A stretch of 64,000 nucleotides of DNA from the human T2T-CHM13v2.0 reference genome, Homo sapiens: the NCBI RefSeq assembly GCF_009914755.1, contig NC_060942.1. One strand, written 5' to 3'. Position 1 is the stretch's first letter, and each line of letters starts with the position of its first letter. A model generated the notes under the pieces. That model ran no database searches. It was not told the DNA's origin and saw only the letters and a list, made by a program, of their open reading frames with translations. Positions 13,396 to 26,457 of this stretch are shown here, piece after piece. The position numbers were made by a program, and so were the translations under genes.

Positions 13396-15010
13396 GTGCT
13401 AGTGATGGACAGAATCCTGGGACTAGTGCCAGTGACTCTGTGGATACGCCGAGCGATCTGGGCGTGCACTGCTGTGGTGGCCTTTATGGTCAGGAGGCGA
13501 CATGCAGTGAGAAGAAGGGAAGAACTGGCCCAAAGGGATTCAGCCCAGGGTGAGGTCCACGGAAAGGCCAGGGCCAAGATGCAGCCAGCACCCCAGGCCG
13601 GTGGTGGCCTCACATCACCCATGCCAGAGGTCAGTCCTCGATTGCTCCAAACCCTCTGCTCAAGGGTTCAGAAGGAAATGAGCAGGTCTTCCCATCAGGG
13701 CCCAGATGAGCTTCTGAAAACAAGTGTGACAAAACAACCTCCTGAACATCCTGGAATGACCGATGCAAAGTACACCCCACACGGTTCACAGCACGAAGAT
13801 CATCAGGGGCAAACCGTGGACGATCTGAATGACAGCACAGACCGTCAGCAACCTGCAGAGCTGCCTGGCCAAGAAATTACGAGACGGAAGCAACGCTTGC
13901 AGGCGAAGGAGGAGAAGAAGGAAAGGCCGGAGCAGGCAGGGGCAGGAGTGGAACGGGCCGCGAATGTCGGAGTGAAGTGCAGACCTTCCTGGCCCACACC
14001 CCTCCGAGCATGTGCTCGAGGGCAGTAGGGACCACGTGGAGGACAAGGACTTGGCAATGGTGGGGAACAGGGAATCAGGACATGGCAGTCCCTCAGCATC
14101 CCGGCCAGAAGTCCCTCTGAAGAGTGAATGATGATGGTGACTTAGGTGTGTCTTTTGAATATCCTGAGGGGGAGATTGGAAAAGCAGACTTGCAATCCTG
14201 GGAAGAAATCCAAAGGTGTAAAGAACTCACAGCGGAAGTCCAAAGTCTTCCTGCAGGCCTCCCTGCGGGGCACGAGGGCACAGCTGGAGAGGGAGCTTCC
14301 AAAACTGCAGCTGAGGGTTCCCGCTGCCTACACTGCACCGAGAACTCCCGTGATGGGGTCTCACGGGAGTCCACGGAGGAGAACGCCTACTGCCTGGACC
14401 TCGACCAGAGACTTCGAAAGGTGCACGAAAACGTGAACCGCCGTGTCAGACTTGCAACCACTACAAGAAGATGACCCAAGACCTGGCCCAGGAATCGAAA
14501 AAAGACACTTCCAATTTTCAGAGGGAGATCTTCTTCCGTGAGAAAATGGCCCAGGAAGGCCGGATGGCTGCTGTATCCACTGAGACAGCGCTCCAGCCGC
14601 TCCGGGAAGAAAATGACCACAGCAGGCAGAAGCCAGCTGATTTTGAGGCCAAGTTCCAGCTTCTCCGGGGTGGTGCTTTGGCTCCTGGGGTTCTGCCCGC
14701 AGCCCACAGGGGCCCGGAAGTGTCAGGGGGACCATGGGACGACAGGGCCCCCAGAAGGGAGGCAGGTCACAATGTGAGGGTTTGGGTCCAGAGTACCTGC
14801 TGGTTTGATTCTGTTTTCCCTGTAACCAGGTCCTGAACGCCCAGAGCCTCAGCAGAACATCAGCCAGTGGTGCTCCCTTTAAGTTACTTTTGCTCGATCT
14901 CTTGTTAGTTTAGTTCATTGGTTGATGCTGAAGTTGCTTATATTGATGTTTGATAGATGGCATTAGGATTGTAAGGTACTATTTTTCAGATAAAGATTGT
15001 TTAATTCTGG
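13396..15010 (+). pseudogene. Divergent intronless cTAGE5/MIA2 (TANGO1-like) family retrocopy, frameshifted
   Basis: Collinear similarity to recalled cTAGE5 across several frames: WACTAVVAF~VICAAVVGF (TM); RRRHAVRRREELAQRDS~RSRLYVGREKKLALMLS; DHVEDKDLAMVGNRESGHG (from 14030)~DITDDDNLELEMNSESENG; LQASLRGTRAQLERELPKLQ~QQASLQSENTHFENENQKLQ; TQDLAQESKKDTSNFQREIFFREKMAQEGRMAAVSTETALQPLREENDHSRQKPADFEAKFQLL~[74 protein letters not shown] (14832)~TEHPEPQQET. A 3'UTR-like tail follows, with a degenerate GATAAA at 14989. Confidence 0.85.
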
Positions 15011-15491
15011 CACATACACGATTTCCACATCTCTGGACCCTCCATAAGTACGCAGGATAAGTATTTCATTTTCGTTTAGAAAAAGGGCCTCTCTTACCTC
15101 AACATCATTGTGTTCGTTATGGATAGGAAGACATAAGCCATATCTGATCTATGAGCTGTTATTAGAAAATAGTACAGTAAATTGGCTGGAATAAACCTTG
15201 GTTTTAAAACAGTGCCAAAAGTGTCATAAAGTTCTTTGTCTCTGACCCAGAATTCTTGGGTCTTCTGTCAGCATCCATTGACTGTATCAGATGATTTTAT
15301 TGACTTATAAGTAGGGTAAAGTCAATCCCTTCATGCTTTTTATGAGACAGATGGGATACTGATAGAGATATGACCGTCTGGAATAGAGCCAATTAATGAG
15401 ATTTAAGGGAAGTCCTTGAGATTCAGTGGTAGACACATTGAACAAATTATATAGTCTTTTGTCCAACAAATAGTTCTCCACTATGCAGCCC

Positions 15492-15821
<330 letters not shown>

Positions 15822-16359
15822 TGAACAGCAGGTGGTAGGCTCAAAAACACCTTTCCTATAGGCATGTGGATCTCCTCACTAATTCAGCTGTCAGTCCTAT
15901 TGTGACAATTAGCAATAAATTTCTTCTGGGGTTGAAGGGGAAGGTTCTACCAACTTCAGACAATATTTACAGAGACATAAGGAAAGAAGTCATAAAGAAA
16001 TATTCAAAGTTCAAAAAAAGAATGAACATAAGTTCTTATTGATGCCTCTAACTCTAATCCAGAACCACAAGCCCTATTCTAACCTTCTTTGGCGGTGGGG
16101 GAAGGATGCTAAAAGCCATCAGCTACTGAGTGATTAAACAGAGTGGTTTAATCTTCTGTTCCTGGGGATTTTCTTCGAAGACAGAGTAATCTCTTTTGCC
16201 TTCACTTCACATACTGCCCAGAAGTTTCAGCATTTCATAATGTAACTTATATTAATATTAAGAACTACAACTATCTCAGTGATTACTTTCAAATGGCACA
16301 ATTTTTACTTATAGTTGATCTGTCTCCTGTTTACTTAGGAAGTGGGTTGTAAACAAGTT

Positions 16360-16580
16360 AATTATTATCACTGCCAACCCTAACTGAGTGCCTACTGTGT
16401 GCATGTGTGTAGTTTATGTCAATCCTCCCATCCCATGAAGTTAATATCCTCTTCGTATCTTATCAACAAGGAAACCGAGACACAGGTGGGTCAAGGGGTC
16501 GATCCTAGGTCCTGTAGCTAAGACGGTGTAGGGTCCAGCTTCTGACCTAAGTGGTCTATCCCAGAGCCTGTGTTCTTGAC
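16360..16580 (-). mobile_element. MIR
   Basis: aaggaaaccgagacacagg core-like sequence. Confidence 0.6.
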
Positions 16581-18036
16581 CGTCATGGTATCTTGCATCC
16601 ACTAAGAAGTACAAACAGGACCCACAGTACAAACAGGAACTCCCAAACTGCCCCGAGAGAAAACGGCAGCTGGTATGATCCGCTCAGAGGATTTGGAGCC
16701 GACAACTCTTTCCAGTGGTTCTTTCTCTGGCCTCTTCAGGACTAGGCTGAATTTCTGTCAGCAGAAGGGGATTAAGAGGCAAAGGAATGGCCAAGTACCC
16801 TAGAGAACCTGTTTTCTGCCCAGTCCCTGTTGGATTCCAAATTCTGATATGTTTTCCATGAGAAACAACCCATTTAAATCTGTGGCGAGAACCTGACACT
16901 GCTCGTTTGAACCTGACACCAGGAATTTAGCCCCAGGTGAATAGCAGTTAAGGACATGTGTTATTAAGTAGGTGAGGCCCCTTGGGAGCAGAAATTCTTT
17001 GCTGGTACACGGTTGTCAAGTGCTTTAGCTGTAAGTGCTTAGATCATTGCAATGTGTTATTGTCTCAGATATTTGCTGTGAAGGGAGTAGCTATTCTTTG
17101 TTTTTTTCAAAGAAGTTTATTTTCGTTTTTTTCCTTCTCACAGGTAAAAATCCAAGTGTCTGTAAGAACTAGCATTTTAAACAGAGATTTTGCTGCTTTA
17201 ATTATTGTTAAAATGGTTGCCTCATCTGTGTGTTACATAGACATCTTGGGTATTTAGAGAAAATATGAGCTAGGGGGAGCATAACAAACTCTGATTATTC
17301 ATTTCAGTGGGTGCTTGCCGGAACGGGGCCTGCTGTGAGAACGCGTCAGAGCACACACAGCCCTGCAGCCCTCCTCTGCTTGATTTTGATGAGATGTTGT
17401 GAATGATTTCCCTTGCTTTTGGCTGCAATACCTTAAACATGTGGGATGGTTTTGACAGAAAATAATTCCACCACACAGTTAACAGCCGTCTCCCGCTCAC
17501 CGCTGCTGTGCTGCTCGTGGCCGGCTTAATTGGTCTTTTATGCTTGACCTTGGAAGGGGGCTGTGGCTCGGGGAGAGAGTAAAAATATAATGCAAAAAAC
17601 ATGTAAGGAGACGTTAAATGTTACATTCCAGGAGTCTGGCAGAATATAATATACTTAGTTTTTTCTGTTACAGTATTTTAGAACTATAATATGCATGCTA
17701 GAACATGTATGAACCACCAGAGAATTTGTTTTAGGAAGCGCTAATGAGTCCACTCTTCTTTTTATTTTTATTTTTATTTAACTGTAAAATGGTGCCTGAG
17801 CAGTGTATATTTTATTGTGCCCTAGCTATAGTCATCTTGATACAGATTTCCAAACTACTGGCTTCATAGTGTCAGATTATGAATTGGATAGAGTGAAAAA
17901 ATATCAGACTTGACTTTTTATAGTCCCCCCTACAAGAATCATTCTCCATCTTTAGCAGGCTTGAGAACTGCTGGGAAGCTTGCTACAGTGTAGATTTCTG
18001 GGGCTTGCCCAGTAGACATTCCGATTCTGTAGGTCT

Positions 18037-18720
18037 GGGGAGATTTAGTATATGAAGAATGGAGTGGAACACATGGGGAGAGTCAGTGTGTGAGGAATGG
18101 GGTGAGACACAAGGGGAGACTCAGTGTGAAGAACAGGGTGAAGCACATGGGTAGAGTCAGTGTGTGAGGAACGGGGTGAAACATGGGGAGATTCAGTGTG
18201 TGAGGAACCGGGGGAAACATGGGGAGATTCAGTGTGTGAGGAACGGGGTGAAACACAAGGGGAGAGTCAGTGTGTGAGGAACGGGGTGAAACATGGGGAG
18301 ATTCAGTGTGTGAGGAACGGGGGGAAACACACGGGGAGAGTCAGTGTGTGAGGCATGGGGTGAAACACAGGGAGAGAGTCAGCATGTGAGGAACCGAGTG
18401 AAACACATGAAGAGAGTCAGCATAAGGAATGGGGTGAAATAGATGGGAAGAGTCAGTGTGTGAGGAACGGGGTGAAACACAAAGGGGAGAGTCTGTGTGT
18501 GTGGAATGGGGTGAAACATGGGGAGATTCAGTGTGTGAAGAACGGGGTGAGACACATGAAGAGAGTCAGTGTGAGGAATGGGGTGAGACACCTGGGGAGA
18601 GTCAGTGTGAGGAATGGGGTGAGACACACGGGGAGATTCAGTATGTGAGGAACGGGGGAAAACATGAGAAGTGTCAGTTTGAGGAACGGTGTGAAATACA
18701 TAGGGAGATTTAGTGTATAT
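18037..18720. repeat. G-rich minisatellite, ~36-39 bp unit (GAGTCAGTGTGTGAGGAACGGGGTGAAACACANGGGGA), ~18 copies
   Basis: Tandem units are directly visible. Repetitive ORFs (CEERGETWGDSV) derive from it. Confidence 0.95.
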
Positions 18721-19230
18721 AAAGATATTTGAAATCTGTGCAAAAAAGAGGTAATTCAGTAAATAGTGGTGGAATAAATAAGAGAAGGAAAAATAAGAGA
18801 AGATAAATTCAAAATGGAACAAGGATTTAAATGTAAAACAATGAAATCATGAGACTTACAGAAGACAAATAATTTTTAAAATAATCTTAAAAATGGAATG
18901 AATTATTTAATCGTGATACAAAACTCAGAAGCCATGGTTGAAAATGATGAATAAGCCTGACTATATGGAAACTTCTGAGTGGCATAAATGCCATAAACAG
19001 GAATCAAATACAAACAGCAGGTTGAAAAAAATTCGGAAAATGTATTACAAGGGGCTAGGTTCCATAATATGCAAAGAACAATTACAAATAAATAAGAGGG
19101 AAAAACCCTCAAATAATCCAAAACCACCCTGGGCAGAGAACATGTACACGAATGTCATGGAACAAGAAACACTCATGGCTTCTAAAAAGTTATTCACCAT
19201 CCTTGAATAAAAGTTTCTCAGAATTAATGT
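18700..19230 (+). mobile_element. L1ME-like ORF2 fragment
   Basis: A-rich L1 motifs (aaataaattcaaaatgg..gatttaaatgtaaaa). Confidence 0.6.
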
Positions 19231-22200
19231 CAGATTTTTTTCATTGAGAAAGGACTTCAAAGTACGATGCAGTTCTACTCTTGGGGTGACTTATGAACAT
19301 TAATATACTTGTCAAGTTGGCTGATCTGGCCTGTGCTCCCCTCATGCTTCTATGGAATGTTGATAATTGGACCGGGAGCTCTCCTGGGCATAAAATGAAG
19401 GGGTTGAGTTGGATAACACTACAAAGGGCCTTTACTTGTTTCTTCTACTCGCATCATTTCCTCAGTCTTTTTGGCATTCTGTAAGAAAGTAGTGCCATGC
19501 TGTCATCCTCACTGAGACGGCTTTGCAAAGATTCATTTAAGAAACATTGATATAACACTTATGGTGTGCCCGGCATTATTCTGAGCACTTTATAATATCA
19601 ACCTCCTTTTCCCTTACGTAAACACTGAACATTGCTGTAAAATGTCCACCCAGCCTGGTGGAATGCATGGACGACATAGACCTGAGGGAGGTGAGCACTG
19701 AAGGGTATTTACTGGTGGAGACGATCGCTTTCTTTCTGTGAGCAGTGCACTTGGGCTGCCTGCCTGTATTTACCCTCTCATGTGAGGTGCTCATCTGGGC
19801 CACCTGGGAACGACTCTGAGCCAAAACCCATAGTCAAGACGCCTGAGTGTACTCAGGCAGACTGGTGTGGAGGTGGAGCTCATCTCTCTCCAAAGGAACC
19901 TTCCCAGTAAACCTCCGTAGGGAAAAGCATTCTTCTACCCTTAGCCTGTGGATTTGATTCCCTTCCCTCACAGGCAGGGCTTCAGGATTCCTTCTGGTGT
20001 ACCTGTCTTCTATTCCCCCAGCCATCAGTGAAGGAGGACCACAAAGAATTTAACCAGCTCTGAAATTAGACCGAGGCAGCTGCCATGTTGCCAGGTTACT
20101 TCCACAAACAACAAAACAAGCACCCCTATTGGGTAGCACAGGCCTGTTGGAAATGCTGGAGCCCGCAAGAATGTTGTTTCCTGATCCCCTCCCCTGCTGA
20201 GAAGCCTCTGAGTGCCAGGGACCAGCTCAGGGCTCACCTCGCTGGAATACAGGCTGGTTAACATCAGAGCCTGGGACTCAGAGGAGGCTCCCTTTCATGT
20301 TTTTACCCTCAAAGCCTCCCTCCCAGCCCACTTGGAAGGCTGGGTGAGCCTCTTGTCCCGGATCTTTTCCAGTTGACTCTCAGCACTCACCACACTTCCC
20401 ACTAAGTCCATAGATCCCTCCACTACCCACTCCTCCTTTCTGCTGAAGGCAACTTGGGGTGATTTTTGTCATCTAGTCATTCAGCAGATGCTTACTGATT
20501 GCCTCCTGAGAGCCAGGTAATGTGAGGATCCCTGGACATGAAAACAAAAGCCACGGTTCTGGTCCGAAGACATCCACAGCCTGTTTGAACAGAGAGACAG
20601 CTTCACAAGGAGATGGTATGACGATAGGAGTATGACAGGAAGAGGGGAAGAGCATCTAGCCTGGTGGAGGGGTTGCCAGACTGAGCTCTCTAGGAGGCCG
20701 TGTGAGATGTTGCCACCTGAACAGGGAGAAGTGGGTGCAAGAACCCAAAGTTCCATCACCAGCAGCTGATTTAAAATGGCTGTGGCTTCGGGGGCAAACA
20801 GGGGAAGAGTAAGGCATGAAGCCCCGTCCTGCTAAGGCGTTGGTTTGATTCTCCAGCAATCAGAAGATGTTGGAGAATCCTATTCACAGGAATACTTGGT
20901 AGATTCGCAGTTTGAAGAGTCCCCACCATGGGCACATGGATTGCAGGAGGCTAGAGGACCAGGAAAGGCAATTGCGGGTGTCCCTGTGAGAAGCGAAGAG
21001 GGGGTGACTGCAGCAGAGGCAGCGGATTGGCAGTGAGGCTGGAAGGAGGGTAAAGCAGGCTTTATCACAGAGCATTGAGGTTTGCAAGAAGAGTGGCAGA
21101 TTTGTAGGTGAGAGGTGGTTGGTCGGGCTTTGACAAGTTGCATTTGTGAAGTCCATTTGCCCTGAGCAGCAGCTAGCTAGCTCAAGGGGGAGATGTGTCC
21201 AGACGTGGAAGAGAAAGGGTGGAGTCTGTGGCCCCCGAGCCTGTAACCACACAGCATGAACGGCAGGTCCCTAAGATGCTCTGCAGGACAGTGTCCACCG
21301 TGGGAGGCAGTCACCTATCCTTCATCCTGACTCAGTGCTTTCATTCCCATCACCTGAGCCTGATTGGTCTCTTTTGTGGTCCCGCAGCCGTTCCTGCGGT
21401 CTCCAGCTTTCCCACTTCTCCCGCCCTCCCCATCCCGCAGCGGCTCAGGAGGGACTCCAGCTGGGTTCTGAATTCCACCCTCCATCCTCACCACTCAGCC
21501 TGACTGGAGCTGGCCACCGCTGCTGCTTTGGGATGGGGGTGTGCTTCAGACAGTCAGAGAAGAAACCCTGAGTAATGCTGACATTGATGGGCCACGCAGA
21601 CTATGATCAGCTCCGGGAATGTCTGTGAAGGAGCAGCCAGGGGACAGGGCTGGCCTGGGGGGATCTGCATCCACACTTCCTGCAGTCGTAGTAATTCTCA
21701 GTGATTTCTGCATATAGGTTGGTCTAGAAAGTCTAAAAATAGTCTTTACCGTCAAAACTAACTCTCTGCATGTTTATACCTTGGCTTGGGTGAACTCGTT
21801 TCAGTTTACCTGTTTCAACGCCTAGCACAATGCCCAGCATATAGTAAACCCTATACACTTGTTGAAAAAAAATAAACAAAAGTCACGGGATGCCGTACCC
21901 TCCCATAATCGTAATGACGGGAGGCCTGTGGTGGCAGCCTTTCTGCATCATGGGTCTGTGCAGTGGCCTCTCCTGAAGTGCAGCTGGAGTTCTCAAATGT
22001 TCCCAGTTTTACATGTTTGCAAGACATTCTGGGAAGTGAATTCTCACCTTCGCAAAACTCTCCTCACAGATTGTAGTCACACCATTTGTTCCGACAGCAA
22101 TTTATCTGACACTAACTGGATGTCCTACTATTCAGTTCAATTCAGACACTGACTACCTGGAGTTAGTGTAGACCCTGCAAGTTAAGAGTGCAATACTGCA

Positions 22201-22410
22201 AGACTGCCTCCCATTTCAGACTAGAGCTGCAGGTTTCCGGTATCCCCAAGTTATCTGCATTTCTGCCCAACAGACTACAAATTTGGGGTCTCCTATGACC
22301 TCTCCTCAAATTCAGTAATTCACTAGAATGGACTCACAGAACTCAGGAAAGCACTGTACTGTCAAAGGAAGGAATTATGATTACTGTCAAAGGAAGGAAT
22401 TACAACAAAT

Positions 22411-22716
22411 TTATTTTTAAATATTCTTTAGAGACAGTATCTCACTCTGTCACCCAAGCTAGAGTGCAGTGGTACGATCATAGCTCACTGCAGCCCCAAA
22501 CTCACCAGGCTCAAGCGATCTTCCCATCTCAGTAGCTCCTGAGTAGCTGAGTCCACAAGCACACACCATCACACCTGGCTAATTTTTCCTATTTTTTGTA
22601 GAGATAGGGCCTTGCTATGCTGCTGATGCTGGTCATGAACTCCTGATCTGGAGCGATGCTCCTGCCTTGACCTCCCAAAGTGCTGGGATTACAGGCGTGA
22701 GCCACTGTGCATGGCC
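22411..22716 (-). mobile_element. AluJ
   Basis: Antisense Alu; TSD caaattta. Confidence 0.9.
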
Positions 22717-22742
22717 CAAATTTAGTTTAAAGATCTCAATTG

Positions 22743-23058
<316 letters not shown>

Positions 23059-24749
23059 TTATTCATGATTCTAGAACTGGCAACAAATCATTCCATAAAA
23101 TAGAATAAGTGTTCCCATGGGCTGAGCAGAGGGGATTGGCTTTATAGACAGAGAAGGGCTGAAGAAAGCAGGAACAAGGAACAGTAGCCTGCTAGTCGTT
23201 TCAAAGATACTTTTCTTGGGGGACAGGCAGAGGGAGGGACGGGGAAACAGAACGATGGAATATCAGATGAGTTAACATGTCATGTAAGGATTAAAGCCAA
23301 GGGAACTGCATTCCATGGCTACTGAAGATTTCAGCTGGCCTATTTGGGAAATTGGCTGTTACCTCTTGTGACTTCTCAGAAGGTCAGATAACTACTTAGT
23401 TTGGGTTTGGTGAAGGGGAACTTAAGCATGGGTGACTACTTTTATTTTCAGTCTGGTCTCATGGGGCCTAATGCAGGAGCTTAGGCCCGAAACAAAGGCC
23501 TCCTATAATATTAATTTGACATACAGTTCTGTTGTTATGGACACAACTCAGGAGTAGCTAAATGGAAGAGATAGTGAGGGCGAGGGGTGGGAGTGGGACA
23601 AGGAGCTTCCAGCCTCTCAGGGGTAGCACTCCCAGCACACCAGTGTGCTCAGCAGCCCGGACCCTCTCAAGCCTTGTGTTCAATAGTTCGTATTGAGGCT
23701 TCATTACTTAGATGACTAATGAAGATTGATTAAATCTCCAGCCCCAGAGGCTGGCGTTGGGGCTGAAAGATTCAACCCTCTAACCATGTGGTTGATTCCT
23801 CCAGCAACCAGGCTCATCCTGAAGAGGCCACAGGATGGTCTAGGGCCACACGCTATCAAACTCAGTCATGGCTGAAGGGGCTCTTCAAGAATACCAGAAG
23901 ACACTCCTATCACCCAGGAAACTCTGAGGGTTTGGGGAGAACTGTGCCGGGAACCAGGGCAAAGACCGAATCTGTATTTTTTTATTATGCCACAGTAATG
24001 GGAGCATATTTTGGCAGACTCAAGAGTGATTGGTCGTTCTAATCTTAGTTCACATTGGAGGGACTTTCACTGGCCCTCCAGATTCTTCCTGTAAGCACCT
24101 GTTCTTTAGGAGGATGGAGTAGGCTCCTGCCCCGCCCCACCCCAACTGCAGTGCATGTGACAGTTTGAAACATTTTGAGCCCCACATGTGTCTGTCAAGA
24201 TGGAAATAACAGCCTCTGGCATGTGGTGCTGGTGGGTGCTTGTGCCATTGCAGCCCTGTAGGAGTGAGGTGGACAGAGTCACGGGTTTGGGTTAAGCCCT
24301 GTCTCACCTCTCATTAGGCATGTCACTTCGGCAGGCCGATGATTTAATGAGACTCACCTCTAGCCATGGAAGGAGTCTGAGGGTGTGCTTTTCTTATCTT
24401 CCCATCTCCATATTTATGTTGTAGACTGTGAAGGAATTAGCCTCTTGGCCATGGTCATCCTAAGGATGGAGATGTTGGGCTGTGGTACATGATAACTGTT
24501 CTTTTGTAAGCCTAGTGAACCTGTGCCGCTCCTTCTTGTCCTGCAGTTGGACTGATTAGAGGGGCTGAGGAAGTGCTTCACCTGTGAATGTGATTTCCTC
24601 TCACCTGCGGGCCCAGAGGCATCCTTGCTTGCCAGGTGCTCCTCACCCCACCCCCAGTAGGGTAGCAGGTGACATCTCCTCCTGCACCCCATTGTGGGCA
24701 GAGATGAGCCCCACCCTTTATCTGTGCTTTGATAAAGACTTCAGGAAGA

Positions 24750-25053
<304 letters not shown>

Positions 25054-26225
25054 TCAGGAGGAAGTAAAAAACAAGGTATCATGCCAAACTGCACAGAGAA
25101 AAGCACTTTTCTGTAATCTTTCAAATATAAAATTCTGTTGCCAGAAAAACTCAAGCATAATCCCTGTGACAGGCCTGGGTCTTGTCTGTTACAAACAAGA
25201 GAGTGAATGTCGGGGTGTACTTTTCCCTGCAGTTTGGAAGCACAGGTGCCCACTGACTTGGCTCCAGGGACATATTTCTTTTGGCTGAGAGGCTGGGGCC
25301 ATCGCCTTTAACATGGTAGACCCTAGTCAGGCGCTTTTCCAGCTAGGACTGAAGGGTCTTCCCCGCATATGGTTTGAGTCCCATAGGAATTTGAATGCCA
25401 AAGTAGAATTTCCTTGGTAACTTTAAACCTCTTGAAGCCATTTACAGGCTCTGGGGCAGGTGGAGGAAGGGGCGGGGAGGTGGGCGCTCTCCCATCACTC
25501 TCTGTCCCTGTTTTGATTTTGTGTCTTCCTTCTCTTTTCCAATAGCAATCCTTCTGGTCGAGGATTGTGATACTCTTGCCTGCAGCATTAGAGGAGCTTC
25601 CAGATTCTTCTCCTCACCTCCATCCATTCTATGCACCATTTTTTCCTAGACTGTGGAGCTGACCCTGTCACTTCCTGTCCTTCAGTGGCCTCTGGGTATA
25701 GACAGACATGGTGTGCCTCCCTCTCTCAGCTCCAACCTCTCTGACATTCTCTCCATTCGGGCCCGTGTCATTCATTTGCAAATCCGCCATAACACCCCCA
25801 GCAGTGCTGGGTGCAGAATCAACTTTTAATAATCTCCGGGAATGTGTGCACTCTCCTGTCTCTGGGCCTCTGCTCAGGCTGTCCCATCCCAGAGTCTGAC
25901 CTGCATTTGCCTAGCCTTCATGGCCACACTTAAGGTGACCACCTCTGGGCATCTTCCTGGGGTCTATTGAACAGAACACATCACTTCCTGCCCCTCTGCT
26001 CCTGAAGCACTTTATGTCGCAGTGTTGTGGATTAGAGTGCCCCTGGATGAGCCCTGTTTGTCTGTGTTCTAAAGCACAGGTGCCAGAAGGCAGAACCTGT
26101 GTTTTCTCTGGCCCCTGGGAGAGGGACTGGCATGCAGCAGCTGCTGGAGAATAGGAACTGCATCTTTTTTATCTTTGGATCCACCACAGCATTTTCACAT
26201 TGAAAAGAGGTCAGTAGATTTTTTT

Positions 26226-26315
26226 AGGGTGGTATGGCCGTAGACCCCATCCAAGTACTAGCCAGGCCTGACCCTGCCTAGCTTCCAAGATCAGATGAAA
26301 TCAGGTGCGTTCAGG
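26226..26315 (-). pseudogene. 5S rRNA pseudogene fragment, circularly permuted (nt 18-87 then nt 1-20)
   Basis: 26246-26315 is the reverse complement of 5S nt 18-87, with mostly CpG-type transitions. 26226-26245 (AGGGTGGTATGGCCGTAGAC) is the exact reverse complement of 5S nt 1-20. It may be the human locus named RNA5SP449 (from memory, unverified). Confidence 0.92.
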
Positions 26316-26318
26316 TGA

Positions 26319-26457
26319 GTTTTGTTTTGTTTTGTTTTGTTTTGTTTGAGACGGAGTCTTGCTCTGTCACCCAGGCTGGAGTGCAGTGGTGTAATCTCGG
26401 CTCACTGCAAGCTCTGCTTCCTGGGTTCACGCCATTCTCCTGCCTCAGCCTCCCGAG
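26319..26457 (-). mobile_element. 5'-truncated AluY-like right arm with (CAAAA)n tail, fused to the 5S fragment
   Basis: Minus strand reads GAATGGCGTGAACCC...GAGCTTGCAGTGAG (Y-type diagnostics). It shares the TSD AGATTTTTTT with the 5S fragment. Confidence 0.9.

Noticed and set aside
13396-14836. cTAGE-like ORFs as a functional protein-coding gene
   Set aside because: Homology switches frame several times and the poly(A) signal is degenerate, so it is called a pseudogene.
16608-16920. Short tandem duplications agtacaaacagga x2 and gaacctgacac x2 (also aaatagttcctgttc x2 at ~45526)
   Set aside because: Ordinary slippage-scale duplications with no further structure.
18037-18720. CRISPR-like array (also 47853-48260)
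   Set aside because: Head-to-tail tandem units with no unique spacers, in a primate genome with no cas genes.
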